Made by a program: the position numbers and the translations under genes
NCBI GenBank assembly: GCA_965227515.1
Contig: CBDDFZ010000001.1
Coordinates: forward strand, 672,001-736,000
Length of the DNA: 64,000 nucleotides
DNA from: Alphaproteobacteria bacterium
GTDB lineage: Bacteria; Pseudomonadota; Alphaproteobacteria; CALKHQ01
Reading direction: 5' to 3'
Shown here: positions 50,849-60,242 of the stretch, one piece after another
Numbering within the stretch: position 1 is the stretch's first letter
How the letters are laid out: the number at the start of each line of letters is the position of its first letter
Notes under the pieces: model-generated
What the model saw: only the letters and a program-made list of their open reading frames with translations
The model's database searches: none
What the model was told of the DNA's origin: nothing

Positions 50849-51700
50849 TCAACCCTTCACGGCGCCGGCAACCAGCCCGCGGATCAGGAAGCGCTGGATC
50901 AGGGCGAAGAACACGCAGGCGGGGATCAGCGCCAGGAAGCCAGCGGCCATCATCTGCCCCCAATTGACCGCGAACTTGGAGACGAAGTTGAGGAGGCCGA
51001 CTGGGAAGGTCGACGACCCCTCCGAATTGATCAGCATCAGCGCGAACAGCAGTTCCGACCAGGCGGCGATGAACACGAAGCCCAGGGTCGCGGCCATGCC
51101 GGGCAGCGTCAGCGGCAGGATGATCCGGCGCAGGGCGGCCGTGCGCGTACAGCCGTCGATCATCGCCGACTCTTCCAGTTCCTTCGGGATGCCCTCGATG
51201 AACGACTGCATCAGGAAGGTGGCGAACGGCACGTTGAAGGCGGAATAGACCAGCACCAGCCCCCACAGGGTGTTGGTCAGGCCCAGCGGGCTGAGGATCT
51301 GGTAGATCGGCGCGATCAGCATCACCAGCGGGAACATCTGGGTCAGCAGCAGCAGGAACACGATGGCCGCCTTGCCGCGGAAGCGGAACCGCGAGAACGC
51401 ATAGCCGGCGGCCGCTGCGATCAGGGTGACGATGATCGCGGTGGAGCCGGACACGATGACCGAGTTGGTGAAGTACTGCGGGAAGTCGGTCTGCGACAGC
51501 ACCACCCGGAAATTGTCCAGCGTGGAGAGCGACGGCCACAGTTGCACGCCTTCCGAATACAACAGGTCGTCGGGCGTGACCGCGATCTTGAGCAGCCAGT
51601 AGAGCGGGAACAGTGCGAACAGCACGTAGCCGGCGACCGCCACGTAGCGCCCCGCCGAGATGGTGATGCCCGTCGCCGAGCTGCGGTCGGTGACGATCAC
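50849..51700 (-). CDS. Carbohydrate (CUT1) ABC permease, MalG-like
   Basis: IPKELEESAMIDG EAA loop; GTG 51700 with GAGG RBS. Confidence 0.9.
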   Translation of the reverse strand: MIVTDRSSATGITISAGRYVAVAGYVLFALFPLYWLLKIAVTPDDLLYSEGVQLWPSLSTLDNFRVVLSQTDFPQYFTNSVIVSGSTAIIVTLIAAAAGYAFSRFRFRGKAAIVFLLLLTQMFPLVMLIAPIYQILSPLGLTNTLWGLVLVYSAFNVPFATFLMQSFIEGIPKELEESAMIDGCTRTAALRRIILPLTLPGMAATLGFVFIAAWSELLFALMLINSEGSSTFPVGLLNFVSKFAVNWGQMMAAGFLALIPACVFFALIQRFLIRGLVAGAVKG

Positions 51701-51710
51701 CCCACACCTC

Positions 51711-51889
51711 GTCGCCCTCGCCCTTGTGGCGAGGGCCCATCGCGGGGCGGCACAGGATCTATCCCCGAGTGGGCCGATGCGTTCTGGGCCGCGGCGCCCC
51801 ATGCATCATCGCGTCTCAGGGACTGATTGCGTTCAAGGCCATAAATGGGTCCTCGCCACCCAAGAGGTTTGATTGGCGGCGAGGACGAC
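51711..51889. repeat. Inverted REP-like hairpin dimer, copy D (179 bp, reversed, one loop expanded)
   Basis: gtcgccctcgcccttgtggcgagggcccat ... aaatgggtcctcgcc-N20-ggcgaggacgac. Confidence 0.85.
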
Positions 51890-51926
51890 GATGGGGGTGG
51901 TAGCATAGCGGCGCGACAACGCATCC

Positions 51927-52862
51927 CTAGTTCACCTTCGGCAGCACGCGGCGCATCCACAACAGCAGCACAGCGTAGGTCAGCAGCAGCGCCAGCAGCA
52001 CCGTCGCGACGGCGGAGGCGTAGCCGAAGTCGAGCTTCCGGTACGCGGTGGTGAAGATGTAGCTGGCGACCGTGGTGGTGGAATGGGCCGGCCCGCCGCC
52101 GGTCATGACGATGATGATGTCGGCGAAATTGGCGATCCAGATCGTGCGCAACAGCACGGTGATGGCGATCATCGGCGCCAGGTAAGGAAGCGTGATGCGC
52201 GCGAAGCGCTGCCACGGCGTGGCGCCGTCGATGGCCGCCGCCTCGTAGAGGTCGGTGGGGATGGATTGCAGCGCGGCCAGCAGCGTGATGGCGAAGAACG
52301 GGATGCCGAACCAGACGTTGGCGACGATCGGCCCCCACATGGCGAGCGCCGGGTCGCCCAGGATGTTGTAGGGCTCGTCCAGCAGGCCGAGGTCGAACAT
52401 CCAGTGCGGCAGCGGGCCGATCACCGGGTTGAACAGCCACGCCCAGTTCAGGCCGGACAGGAAGGTCGGCACCGCCCAGGGCAGGAACACCAGCGCCTGC
52501 ACCACGCGCCGTCCCAGGAACGGCCGGTTCAGCAGCAGGGCAAGCCCCAGGCCGAGCAGGAGCTGGAAGATCAGCGAGCCGCCGGTCCACCACCCGGTCT
52601 GCCACAGCGCGCGATAGAAATAGCGGTCGTCGACCAGCGCCTCGTAGTGATCGGTGCCGATCCATTCGGTCTGGGCGAACGGGTTCAGCAGCTCCATCTT
52701 CTGGAAGCCGAACGTCAGCCCCAGCACCAGCGGCACGAACATCACCGCCAGCAGCAGCACCAGTGCCGGCGACAGATAGGTCCACGGCTCCAGCGCGCGG
52801 GTCCAGTCGCCCCGCCCTCGAGAGGACTGGCGCCGGACCTTGCGATCCGGCGCCATCGGCAT
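51927..52862 (-). CDS. Carbohydrate (CUT1) ABC permease, MalF-like
   Basis: LAALQSIPTDLYEAAAIDGA EAA loop. Confidence 0.9.
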   Translation of the reverse strand: MPMAPDRKVRRQSSRGRGDWTRALEPWTYLSPALVLLLAVMFVPLVLGLTFGFQKMELLNPFAQTEWIGTDHYEALVDDRYFYRALWQTGWWTGGSLIFQLLLGLGLALLLNRPFLGRRVVQALVFLPWAVPTFLSGLNWAWLFNPVIGPLPHWMFDLGLLDEPYNILGDPALAMWGPIVANVWFGIPFFAITLLAALQSIPTDLYEAAAIDGATPWQRFARITLPYLAPMIAITVLLRTIWIANFADIIIVMTGGGPAHSTTTVASYIFTTAYRKLDFGYASAVATVLLALLLTYAVLLLWMRRVLPKVN

Positions 52863-52873
52863 GGTGGCGGAGC

Positions 52874-54148
52874 TTATTGTGCCGCCAGCCATTTCTGCTG
52901 GGCCTCGGTCAGGTAGTCGGCCCATTCGGTCACGACCTCGTCGACCGTGCGCTCACCGAGCAGCATCTCCTGCGCGGTCTGGATCGACAGCACGTCGGCG
53001 AAATAGGCGTACTCTTCCAGATAGGCCGGGTAGGGCAGCGGCTCCCAGCGCGGGTCGTTCAGCTCGGTCAGCCAGCCCGCGAACTGCTCGCCGGCGAAAT
53101 AGGGGTCGTCGGCCGCCGCGTTGCAGATCGGGATCACGCCGACCAGCTTGGCCCATTCAAGATTGGCCTCGCAGCCCGACAGGAAGGAGATCAGCTCGAA
53201 GGCCGCGTCCTGGTCCACCGTGCCCGTCATCATCGACCAGCCGGCGTAACCGATGGACGGGTACGACTTGCCGTTGGGGCCCAGCGGCAGCGGGGCGACG
53301 GCGAAGTCGTTCGGGTCCATGTACTGCGACACCGCGATCAGCGCGTCCGGATCCTGGTCCAGCATGGCGCAATTGCCGGAATAGAAGCCGGCGACGATCT
53401 CGTTGAAGCCCCAGTTCACGCTGTCGCGGGGCGCCCAGCCGTTCTGGTAGATGTCGACCAGCATCTGCGCGCCGGCCTTGGCCGCGTCGCTGTAGAAGAT
53501 CGACTGGCCGTCCTCGTCGAACCACTGGCCCGACCCTTCCATCGCGGTCATCGCCAGCAGCCAGCCGGTGGTGCCGCCGGGCCCGCCGCGCAGGCAATAA
53601 CCGGTCTTGCCGTCGCCGAGCGCGGTCACCGCCTCGGCCGCGGCGACGAAGTCGTCCCAGGTCTCCGGCGGCCCGTCGAGGCCGGCCTCGGCGAACAGCG
53701 TGGTGTTGTAGAACAGCGCGCGCAGATAGAAGCCGTAGGGCACCATGTGCAGGCTGCCGTCGACCACGCGGCCGTACTCGATCGCTGCTTCGCTGACCGT
53801 GTCCTTGCCGTCCCAGGCCTGGAACATCGCTTCCATGTCGACGAGCTGGCCGTTGTTGGCGTAGAGCGACATCCACCGCTCAGGCATCTCGACCACGTCG
53901 ATGGTCTGCCCGCCCTGCACCATGGTCGCCAGCTTCTCGAACGCCTGACCCCAGGGCAGCGAGATGATCTCCACCTCGACGCCGGGATTGGCGGCTTCGA
54001 ACTGGTCGACCAGCCCCTGCAGCAGCTCGGTGCGCGGCGGGCTGGTGATCACTTCGACCAGGGTCAGCTGGGTCTGGGCCAGTGCCGGGGTGGCGAAGGC
54101 GCCGGCCAGCAGCCCGGCAAGCGTGGTTTTAACAACCATGCGTTTCAT
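52874..54148 (-). CDS. Carbohydrate-family ABC substrate-binding protein
   Basis: Signal peptide, FEAANPGVEV, LFYNTTLF..AG..PPETWDDF. Confidence 0.9.
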   Translation of the reverse strand: MKRMVVKTTLAGLLAGAFATPALAQTQLTLVEVITSPPRTELLQGLVDQFEAANPGVEVEIISLPWGQAFEKLATMVQGGQTIDVVEMPERWMSLYANNGQLVDMEAMFQAWDGKDTVSEAAIEYGRVVDGSLHMVPYGFYLRALFYNTTLFAEAGLDGPPETWDDFVAAAEAVTALGDGKTGYCLRGGPGGTTGWLLAMTAMEGSGQWFDEDGQSIFYSDAAKAGAQMLVDIYQNGWAPRDSVNWGFNEIVAGFYSGNCAMLDQDPDALIAVSQYMDPNDFAVAPLPLGPNGKSYPSIGYAGWSMMTGTVDQDAAFELISFLSGCEANLEWAKLVGVIPICNAAADDPYFAGEQFAGWLTELNDPRWEPLPYPAYLEEYAYFADVLSIQTAQEMLLGERTVDEVVTEWADYLTEAQQKWLAAQ

Positions 54149-54152
54149 CGAT

Positions 54153-55448
54153 CTATCCTCCTTCGTTGACCAGATCTTGGTTCTCTCGGGTCTCTTGGTT
54201 CGGTGCGGCCGTCGTCGGGTTGTCCATTGTTTCGGCGGCCGTCGCGGCCGACAACGCCTGGGCGAGGTCGGCCCACAAATCGTCGGCCCCTTCCAGGCCG
54301 ACGCTGAGGCGTATCAGGCGGTCGGATACGCCGAATGCGATCAGGGAATTGGCGGTGTCCTGGGTCAGCCCCAGGCCGAGCTGGGCCGGAAACACCAGGC
54401 TCTCGTGGCCGCCCCAGCTCACGCCGAGCCGAAAGATCTTCAGGGCGTCGCAGAATGCGGGCACGTCAACGCCGGCAGCGACCTCGAAGCCGAACAGGCC
54501 GGAGTGGCCGCTGAGATAGGGGGACGCGTCGGGCCCGGGCAGACGCACCCGGGTGACATGCGGATGCGCACGCAGCCGCGCGGCCAGGGTGGCGGTGCTT
54601 TCCATGTGGCGGGCCATGCGCAGATGCAGCGTGCGCATGCCGCGCAACAGCAGCCAACCCTCGAACGGCGACAGCTTCGGCCCGAGCAGCGGGAAGGTCA
54701 GCGATTTGATGCGCGCCATGTGGTCGTGGTCGGTGACGATGACGCCGGCCACGGTGTCGGAATGGCCGGACAGGTACTTGCTGGCCGAATGCACGACGAT
54801 GTCGACGCCGTGCTCAAGCGGGCGCTGGAACACCGGGGTCGCCCAGGAATTGTCGATGATGCTGGTGACGCCGTGGCTGCGGGCGAGCGCGGCAAGGCGG
54901 GCGATATCCTGGGTCTCGAACGTCAGGCTGGTCGGGCTTTCCAGGTAGAGCAGGCGCGCGCCCGGCAGCGCCGCCGCGACCGCATCCTCGTCACGTCCGT
55001 CGACATACTCGGTGGTGATGCCGAACCGCCGGCAATGCTTCTCGAACAGGCGAAAGGCATCTGGGTAGACGTCGCGCACGCACACGATGCGGTCGCCGGC
55101 CGCCACATGGGCGAGCACGGCGGACGAGATCGCCGCCATGCCGGACGAGACGGCGCGGGCCGCGGTGCCGCCCTCCGCCACCAGCACCTTGTCCTCGAAC
55201 GCCTGGACGGTGGGGTTGCCGACCCGTGAGTAGACATGGGCGGTGTCGCGCTCGTGGAACCGGTCCTCCATCGCGCGGTAGCTGTCGAACGTGAACAGCG
55301 AGGACTGCACGATCGGCGGCACCACCGCGTTGAACGGCAGGTCCTCGTCGTGGGTCATCAGCGTGTCGAGCGACAGTGTGCGCGGCTCGTCCGGGGCGGG
55401 TGACGGGCCGGCAGGTGGTGGGCCTTTTGGGGGCATGTCGTCGGTCAT
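54153..55448 (-). CDS. Cys/Met-metabolism PLP enzyme (cystathionine gamma-lyase/synthase-like C-S lyase)
   Basis: YSRVGNPT, SSGMAAIS, LESPT, IDNSWATP, HSASKYLSGHSD, GVSWGGHESL. Confidence 0.9.
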   Translation of the reverse strand: MTDDMPPKGPPPAGPSPAPDEPRTLSLDTLMTHDEDLPFNAVVPPIVQSSLFTFDSYRAMEDRFHERDTAHVYSRVGNPTVQAFEDKVLVAEGGTAARAVSSGMAAISSAVLAHVAAGDRIVCVRDVYPDAFRLFEKHCRRFGITTEYVDGRDEDAVAAALPGARLLYLESPTSLTFETQDIARLAALARSHGVTSIIDNSWATPVFQRPLEHGVDIVVHSASKYLSGHSDTVAGVIVTDHDHMARIKSLTFPLLGPKLSPFEGWLLLRGMRTLHLRMARHMESTATLAARLRAHPHVTRVRLPGPDASPYLSGHSGLFGFEVAAGVDVPAFCDALKIFRLGVSWGGHESLVFPAQLGLGLTQDTANSLIAFGVSDRLIRLSVGLEGADDLWADLAQALSAATAAETMDNPTTAAPNQETRENQDLVNEGG

Positions 55449-56194
55449 GGGGCACCTATGGCGTCCAGCTCCTCGAGCAGGATGTCGAGGATGCGGCCGA
55501 TGGCGACGCGGGCCGCTTCGGCATCGCGCGCGGCGATGGCGTCGGCCAGCACGCGATGCAGCGGGAAGCTTGCGTCGCCATAGTCCTTGTCGCGGAACGG
55601 CGTGTCGTAGGCGGTGTCGAACGCCACCTGCAACTGGCCGATCAGATGGCTGAAAACCACGTTGTGGGCGCCGTCGTAAATCGCCTGGTGGAACGCGCGG
55701 TCGTGGTCGTGGGAAGCGCCATAACGCGCATGCGCGGCATCGAGCGCGCGAAAGCGCTCGGCGATGATCTCCAGCTCGGCATCGGTGGCGCGCTCGCAGG
55801 CCAGGCCCACCACCTCCAGCTCCAGTGCGCGCCGCACCTCCACCATCCGGCGCAGGGCCTCGCGCTCGAACTGTACCGCGACCGGCACGTGGCGGGTGTC
55901 CGGGTCGACCTTGGTCAACAGGAAGGTGCCGCTGCCCTTGCGCCGCTCGACCACGCCCAGCGCGGCCCAACGGCTCAGCGCCTCGCGCACGGTGGACCGG
56001 CCGACGCCCAGCCGCTCGGCCAGCTCGCGCTCGGCCGGCAGGCGGTCGCCCGGCTGCATGGCGGTGCCGCCGATCAGGGCGGCCAGCCGTTCCAGCACCA
56101 CGATGTCGCGCGACTTGGTCTCGACCGGGCGCAAATAGCGCGCGACGTCGTCGCTGGCATCGTTACCCGAGGGCGTGGGGTGGCTGTCGTTCAT
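55445..56194 (-). CDS. GntR/FadR family regulator
   Basis: PGDRLPAERELAERLGVGRSTVREAL..GSGTF plus FCD domain. Confidence 0.93.
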   Translation of the reverse strand: MNDSHPTPSGNDASDDVARYLRPVETKSRDIVVLERLAALIGGTAMQPGDRLPAERELAERLGVGRSTVREALSRWAALGVVERRKGSGTFLLTKVDPDTRHVPVAVQFEREALRRMVEVRRALELEVVGLACERATDAELEIIAERFRALDAAHARYGASHDHDRAFHQAIYDGAHNVVFSHLIGQLQVAFDTAYDTPFRDKDYGDASFPLHRVLADAIAARDAEAARVAIGRILDILLEELDAIGAP

Positions 56195-56208
56195 CGTTCC
56201 GACGCCAT

Positions 56209-56231
56209 ATTGGTCATGTTGTCAGACCAAT
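56209..56231. promoter_or_regulatory. FadR-type operator upstream of gntR
   Basis: ATTGGTC-N9-GACCAAT perfect inverted repeat containing GTCAGAC. Confidence 0.65.
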
Positions 56232-56358
56232 TTCAAGTGGCGGCAGTTAGTCACCTGGGGCTGGACGCTACCGGTCCCGTTGTGGCGGTCGGGCATGTGG
56301 CCCAGGGCAGCCACACATAACGGTTGGGGTTGCTCGATCGATGCAACATGAAGAACCT

Positions 56359-56532
56359 GTCGTCCTCACCCTTGTGGTGAGGACCCATTTATGTCCCGAA
56401 ACTCAATAGGTTGGCATCGATCGACATCTGAATTGGCGGTCGACCGAATGCGATAGGCCCTACAGCCCGTTGTCTTCAGCACTGGCTGGGACTGCCACGC
56501 AAATGGGCCCTCGCGACAGGTGCGAGGGCGAC
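56359..56532. repeat. Inverted REP-like hairpin dimer, copy E (174 bp)
   Basis: gtcgtcctcacccttgtggtgaggacccattt ... aaatgggccctcgcgacaggtgcgagggcgac. Confidence 0.9.
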
Positions 56533-56584
56533 GACACTTGTGTCTATTGAGGCAACCGTTACCGAACGCGCTTCGGCGACTGGC

Positions 56585-57424
56585 CTACCGGGTCGTCGCG
56601 GAGAAGTCCCAGTACAGTTCGCGGGCGCGGCGGAACATCGGCCCCGGCTGCAGGTCGCGGTCCTCGAACCGGGTGCACGGCATCACCTTGCCGTAGTTGC
56701 CGGAATTGAAGATCTCGTCGGCGTCATTGAGCTCGCCGGGCGCGATCACCCGCTCATGCACGGTGATGCCGTCATCGCGCAACAGCTTGATCACCCGCTG
56801 GCGGGTGATGCCGTTCAGGAAGGTGCCGTTGGAGACCGGGGTGTGCACCTCGCCGTCCTTGGCCATGAACAGGTTGGCGAACGCGAACTCGGCGATGTTG
56901 CCCATGGCATCGAGCACGACAGAGGCGAAATAGCCGCGCCGCTTCGCCTCTTTCATGGCGAGCCCGAGATTGGGGTAGTGGCACGACGCCTTGGCCAGGG
57001 TCGGCGCGGCGGCGGCCACGGGGCGGCGATGACCGGTGATGCAAGCGCTGAAGCCGTCGGCGGACGGCAGCGGCGCCACCCACATCACCAGCGCGAAGCG
57101 GGTGCTCTCCGGCTCCGGGGCGATGAAGCCTTCCTCGGCCCAGAACATCGGCCGCACATAGATCGCGGCGCCCTCGGCGAAGCGCCTGGCGCCGTCATGG
57201 ACCAGTTGCTCGATGTCACCGGCGGAGATGTCTGGCTCGAGCCCCAGCTCATGGGCCGAATTGATCGCCCGCGCGCAGTGGCGGTCCATATCCGGGGCCA
57301 TGCCGTCGAAGTGGCGCGCGCCGTCGAACACCACCGAGCCCAGCCAGGCGCCGTGGGTCGACGCCTTCATCAGATAGGGGTCGCCCTCGTGCCAGCGGCC
57401 CTCGAAATAGGTCAAGCGCTCCAT
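56585..57424 (-). CDS. Class IV (branched-chain amino acid type) aminotransferase
   Basis: VFDGAR, AKASCHYPN, FLNGITRQ, ADEIF. Confidence 0.9.
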   Translation of the reverse strand: MERLTYFEGRWHEGDPYLMKASTHGAWLGSVVFDGARHFDGMAPDMDRHCARAINSAHELGLEPDISAGDIEQLVHDGARRFAEGAAIYVRPMFWAEEGFIAPEPESTRFALVMWVAPLPSADGFSACITGHRRPVAAAAPTLAKASCHYPNLGLAMKEAKRRGYFASVVLDAMGNIAEFAFANLFMAKDGEVHTPVSNGTFLNGITRQRVIKLLRDDGITVHERVIAPGELNDADEIFNSGNYGKVMPCTRFEDRDLQPGPMFRRARELYWDFSATTR

Positions 57425-57494
57425 GCCGCCTCCCGGGGTTGCAGTCTGCCCCGGTTATGGCGCGGCACAGGCGCGTTTACAATAAGGGCGTCAC

Positions 57495-58097
57495 CTATTC
57501 CGGCGCGGTGTCCAGGTCGGAAATACGCGGGCGGAAGAACGCGCGGTGATAGACCGGCTCGTCCGGCTGCACGAACCGCAGCAGTATCGATTCATAGTCG
57601 TACCACGCCTCGCCGATAATCACGGTCTCGCCCTCCGGCAGCACGAAGCCTTCCGGCAGGTTGGCCGCCGCGCCGACGACGGTGCCGATATCGCTGTCCT
57701 GCACCAGGTCGCCCAGCTCGCTCAGCTGCCAGGCGATGCGGGCGATGTCGTCCTCCTCGCGGGTGACGGCGGTGATCGTCACCAGGCCGTTGGCCGAGAT
57801 GTCGAAGGGGGCGGCGATGTGCGGCGCGATGCCGAACAGGGACTGCACCTCGGCCAGGGTGACGTCGTCGTCGGACTGGGCGACCAGGTCGGCCACCGAC
57901 GAGGAGACGCGCTCCAGCTTCTGGTGCAGCAGGATATAGCGGCCGATCTCGACCGATCCGAGCAGCAGCACGATCAGGATCGGAAAGACGAAGGCGGATT
58001 CGACCAGAATGGCGCCGTTTTCCGCCCGCAGGAAACGGACGAACGGAGACATCGATCGCCGCGCCCATACCTGGGCGCTTTTCATGATCGCGGTCAT
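57495..58097 (-). CDS. TadE/TadF-like pseudopilin
   Basis: G/AILVESAFVFPIL prepilin cleavage motif. Confidence 0.85.
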   Translation of the reverse strand: MTAIMKSAQVWARRSMSPFVRFLRAENGAILVESAFVFPILIVLLLGSVEIGRYILLHQKLERVSSSVADLVAQSDDDVTLAEVQSLFGIAPHIAAPFDISANGLVTITAVTREEDDIARIAWQLSELGDLVQDSDIGTVVGAAANLPEGFVLPEGETVIIGEAWYDYESILLRFVQPDEPVYHRAFFRPRISDLDTAPE

Positions 58098-58717
58098 CAG
58101 ATGATATCCCATGGCTCGTTGCGCACAGCCACGCTGGCGCTGATGGTGAACAGGCCCTCCTGGCCCAGCAGGGACGCCATGAACGGCGTGAACAGCGCCC
58201 ATTCCGCGTTAACCCTGTACATCACGATCTCATTGGCATCGCCCGCGCCCGGCGTGCCGGGGTCGCCATCCCAACTGCCATTGCCGTTGGTGTCGACATA
58301 GGGCTCGCCGTCGTCGTACTCGCCATTGGTGTTGACGTCGGTATAGGGCTCGTCGTCGGCGATCTCGGCGAAGCTGTCATAGACGCTGACGTCGACGTTG
58401 CTGCTGTCGATGGTGAGCAGGCCCAGGGTGCGCTGTTCGACGATGGAGATGATGTACTCCTCGCGCGACTGGCCCTCCATCTCCAGGCCGGTCAGGCCGT
58501 AGCGCGCGGCGTCGCGCACGCTGCTCTCGACCATGATGTTAAGGAACATCACCATCGAGACCTCGACGATGCCGATCAGCGTCATGATCAGCAGCGGGCC
58601 GATCAGCGCGTATTCCACCATCGCGGCACCTTCGCGCTCGCGCCGCCAGCGTGCCGCCAGCCGCGCCATGCGCGACGCCGCGATTGCCCTGCCGAGCGCG
58701 CGTGCGTTAACGTTCAT
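58097..58717 (-). CDS. tadE: TadE-like pseudopilin with DxNxNG repeats
   Basis: G/AAMVEYALIGP, RDAARYG, C-terminal VRNEPW. Confidence 0.85.
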   Translation of the reverse strand: MNVNARALGRAIAASRMARLAARWRREREGAAMVEYALIGPLLIMTLIGIVEVSMVMFLNIMVESSVRDAARYGLTGLEMEGQSREEYIISIVEQRTLGLLTIDSSNVDVSVYDSFAEIADDEPYTDVNTNGEYDDGEPYVDTNGNGSWDGDPGTPGAGDANEIVMYRVNAEWALFTPFMASLLGQEGLFTISASVAVRNEPWDII

Positions 58718-58810
58718 TGCAACCCGTCCCGTGCTGTCCGCGCACGCCTTTGAACTTCTGTTCATGATGGTCACCGTTTACCAAGAAGTAATCTTGTCGG
58801 AGTACTGCCG

Positions 58811-58818
58811 TTAACCAT
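58811..58818 (+). promoter_or_regulatory. CtrA 8-mer site between the divergent tad genes
   Basis: TTAACCAT; Tad/Cpa pili are known CtrA targets in alphaproteobacteria. Confidence 0.45.
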
Positions 58819-58869
58819 AGACCGACCGAGAGGCCCTGAAGGATGAGACCGCCCCGGATGATCAAGTCC

Positions 58870-59856
58870 ATGAGCATTCGTCGATCCCTCGCCACGGCAG
58901 TTTGCTGTGTGGGATTGACGGCCTGCGGTAATTTCGACCTGAGCCGCATCTTCGATGGCGAGACCTCGCAGGCTGCCGAGGACTCCGAGCGACTGATCCG
59001 GATGGGCGACTACGCGCTGGGCCAGGGCGACCGCGCGACGGCGTTCGCGCTCTACCAGCAGGCCCACCTGCGCGACCCCAACGCGACCGACCCCCTGCTG
59101 CGCCTGGGTGCGATGAACTCGTCGCTGGGCGCTTACAGCTCGGCCGCGGAGGCTTACGAATTCGCGGCGGTCAACGACCCCGACAACGCCGATGCGCTGC
59201 GCGGCCTGGCCAACTCGCTGCTGGCGCAGACCATGCCGGAGCAGGCGCTGCCCTATCTGTTGCGGGCGGCGGAACTGGAAGACAGCGCGTCGCTGCGCAA
59301 CAGCCTGGGCGTCGCCTACGACCTTATGGGCGACCACCTCTCGGCCCAGCAGCACTACCAGCTCGGCCTGTCCGATGCGCCGGCCGACACCGACCTCACC
59401 AACAACATGGCGCTGTCGCTGGCGCTGGGCGGCCAGTACGACATGGCCATCGGCATGATCGAGCAGATCGTCAGCAGCGGCCGCGCCAATGTCCGCCATC
59501 GCCAGAACCTGGCGCTGGTGCTGGGCCTGGCCGGCCGCGACGACGAGGCCGCCGCGGTGGCGCGCATCGATCTCGGCCCGGCGCAAGTCGCCGCCAATCT
59601 GGACTACTACCAGCTCCTGCGCTCGATCGAGCCGTCGTCCGCCCGCGCGATCGCCATCGGCGGCGGCATGGGCGCGCCGGAGGAAAGCGCGTTCGCGCCG
59701 CAGGACGGCACGCTGATCGGCTGGCTGAACAGCGATCCCACCGCCCACGACTGGCGCATCGGCACCGACGACGTGGCGGCGCATCTGGCGCGCGCCTGGC
59801 TCGACGACGCCGGCGTGACCGAGATGGACACGCTGATCGCCAGCCATATCGAATAG
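58870..59856 (+). CDS. tadD: TPR lipoprotein, TadD/CpaO pilotin-like
   Basis: LTAC lipobox; NSLGVAYDLMG, NNMALSLAL and RQNLALVLGLAG typical of TadD. Confidence 0.8.
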   Translation: MSIRRSLATAVCCVGLTACGNFDLSRIFDGETSQAAEDSERLIRMGDYALGQGDRATAFALYQQAHLRDPNATDPLLRLGAMNSSLGAYSSAAEAYEFAAVNDPDNADALRGLANSLLAQTMPEQALPYLLRAAELEDSASLRNSLGVAYDLMGDHLSAQQHYQLGLSDAPADTDLTNNMALSLALGGQYDMAIGMIEQIVSSGRANVRHRQNLALVLGLAGRDDEAAAVARIDLGPAQVAANLDYYQLLRSIEPSSARAIAIGGGMGAPEESAFAPQDGTLIGWLNSDPTAHDWRIGTDDVAAHLARAWLDDAGVTEMDTLIASHIE

Positions 59857-59958
59857 CGGCCAACCGACAATTCGAGCGGCTGACGCCCTCGCCGGTGCGG
59901 CAGCCAGGGACCCAGTCTTCGCAGTCGGGTCGCTCAATCCCCGATACAATCCAGTGAT

Positions 59959-60133
59959 GTCGTCCTCGCCTTTATGGCGAGGACCCATTGTTGTCCCGCA
60001 TGCCGGGCGTTGAGTGACATGCTCTGTCTTGGAGGGCAGTTGCCCGTTCCCGATGGGCCCAATCCGCCAGCATTCTTCGGTGCTCGACCAAGACGCCCCG
60101 CAAATGGGCCCTCGCGACAAGCGCGAGGGCGAC
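59959..60133. repeat. Inverted REP-like hairpin dimer, copy F (175 bp)
   Basis: gtcgtcctcgcctttatggcgaggacccatt ... aaatgggccctcgcgacaagcgcgagggcgac. Confidence 0.9.
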
Positions 60134-60242
60134 GATGGTGTGTTTGCCCGCGTAGCAAAGCACATGGCGCCATTGCGGCTTGTCGCTCTCGGCACGGGGG
60201 CCGAGGCCGTCGCATATTTTGCGAAGCAGAAGGCCGACACCA

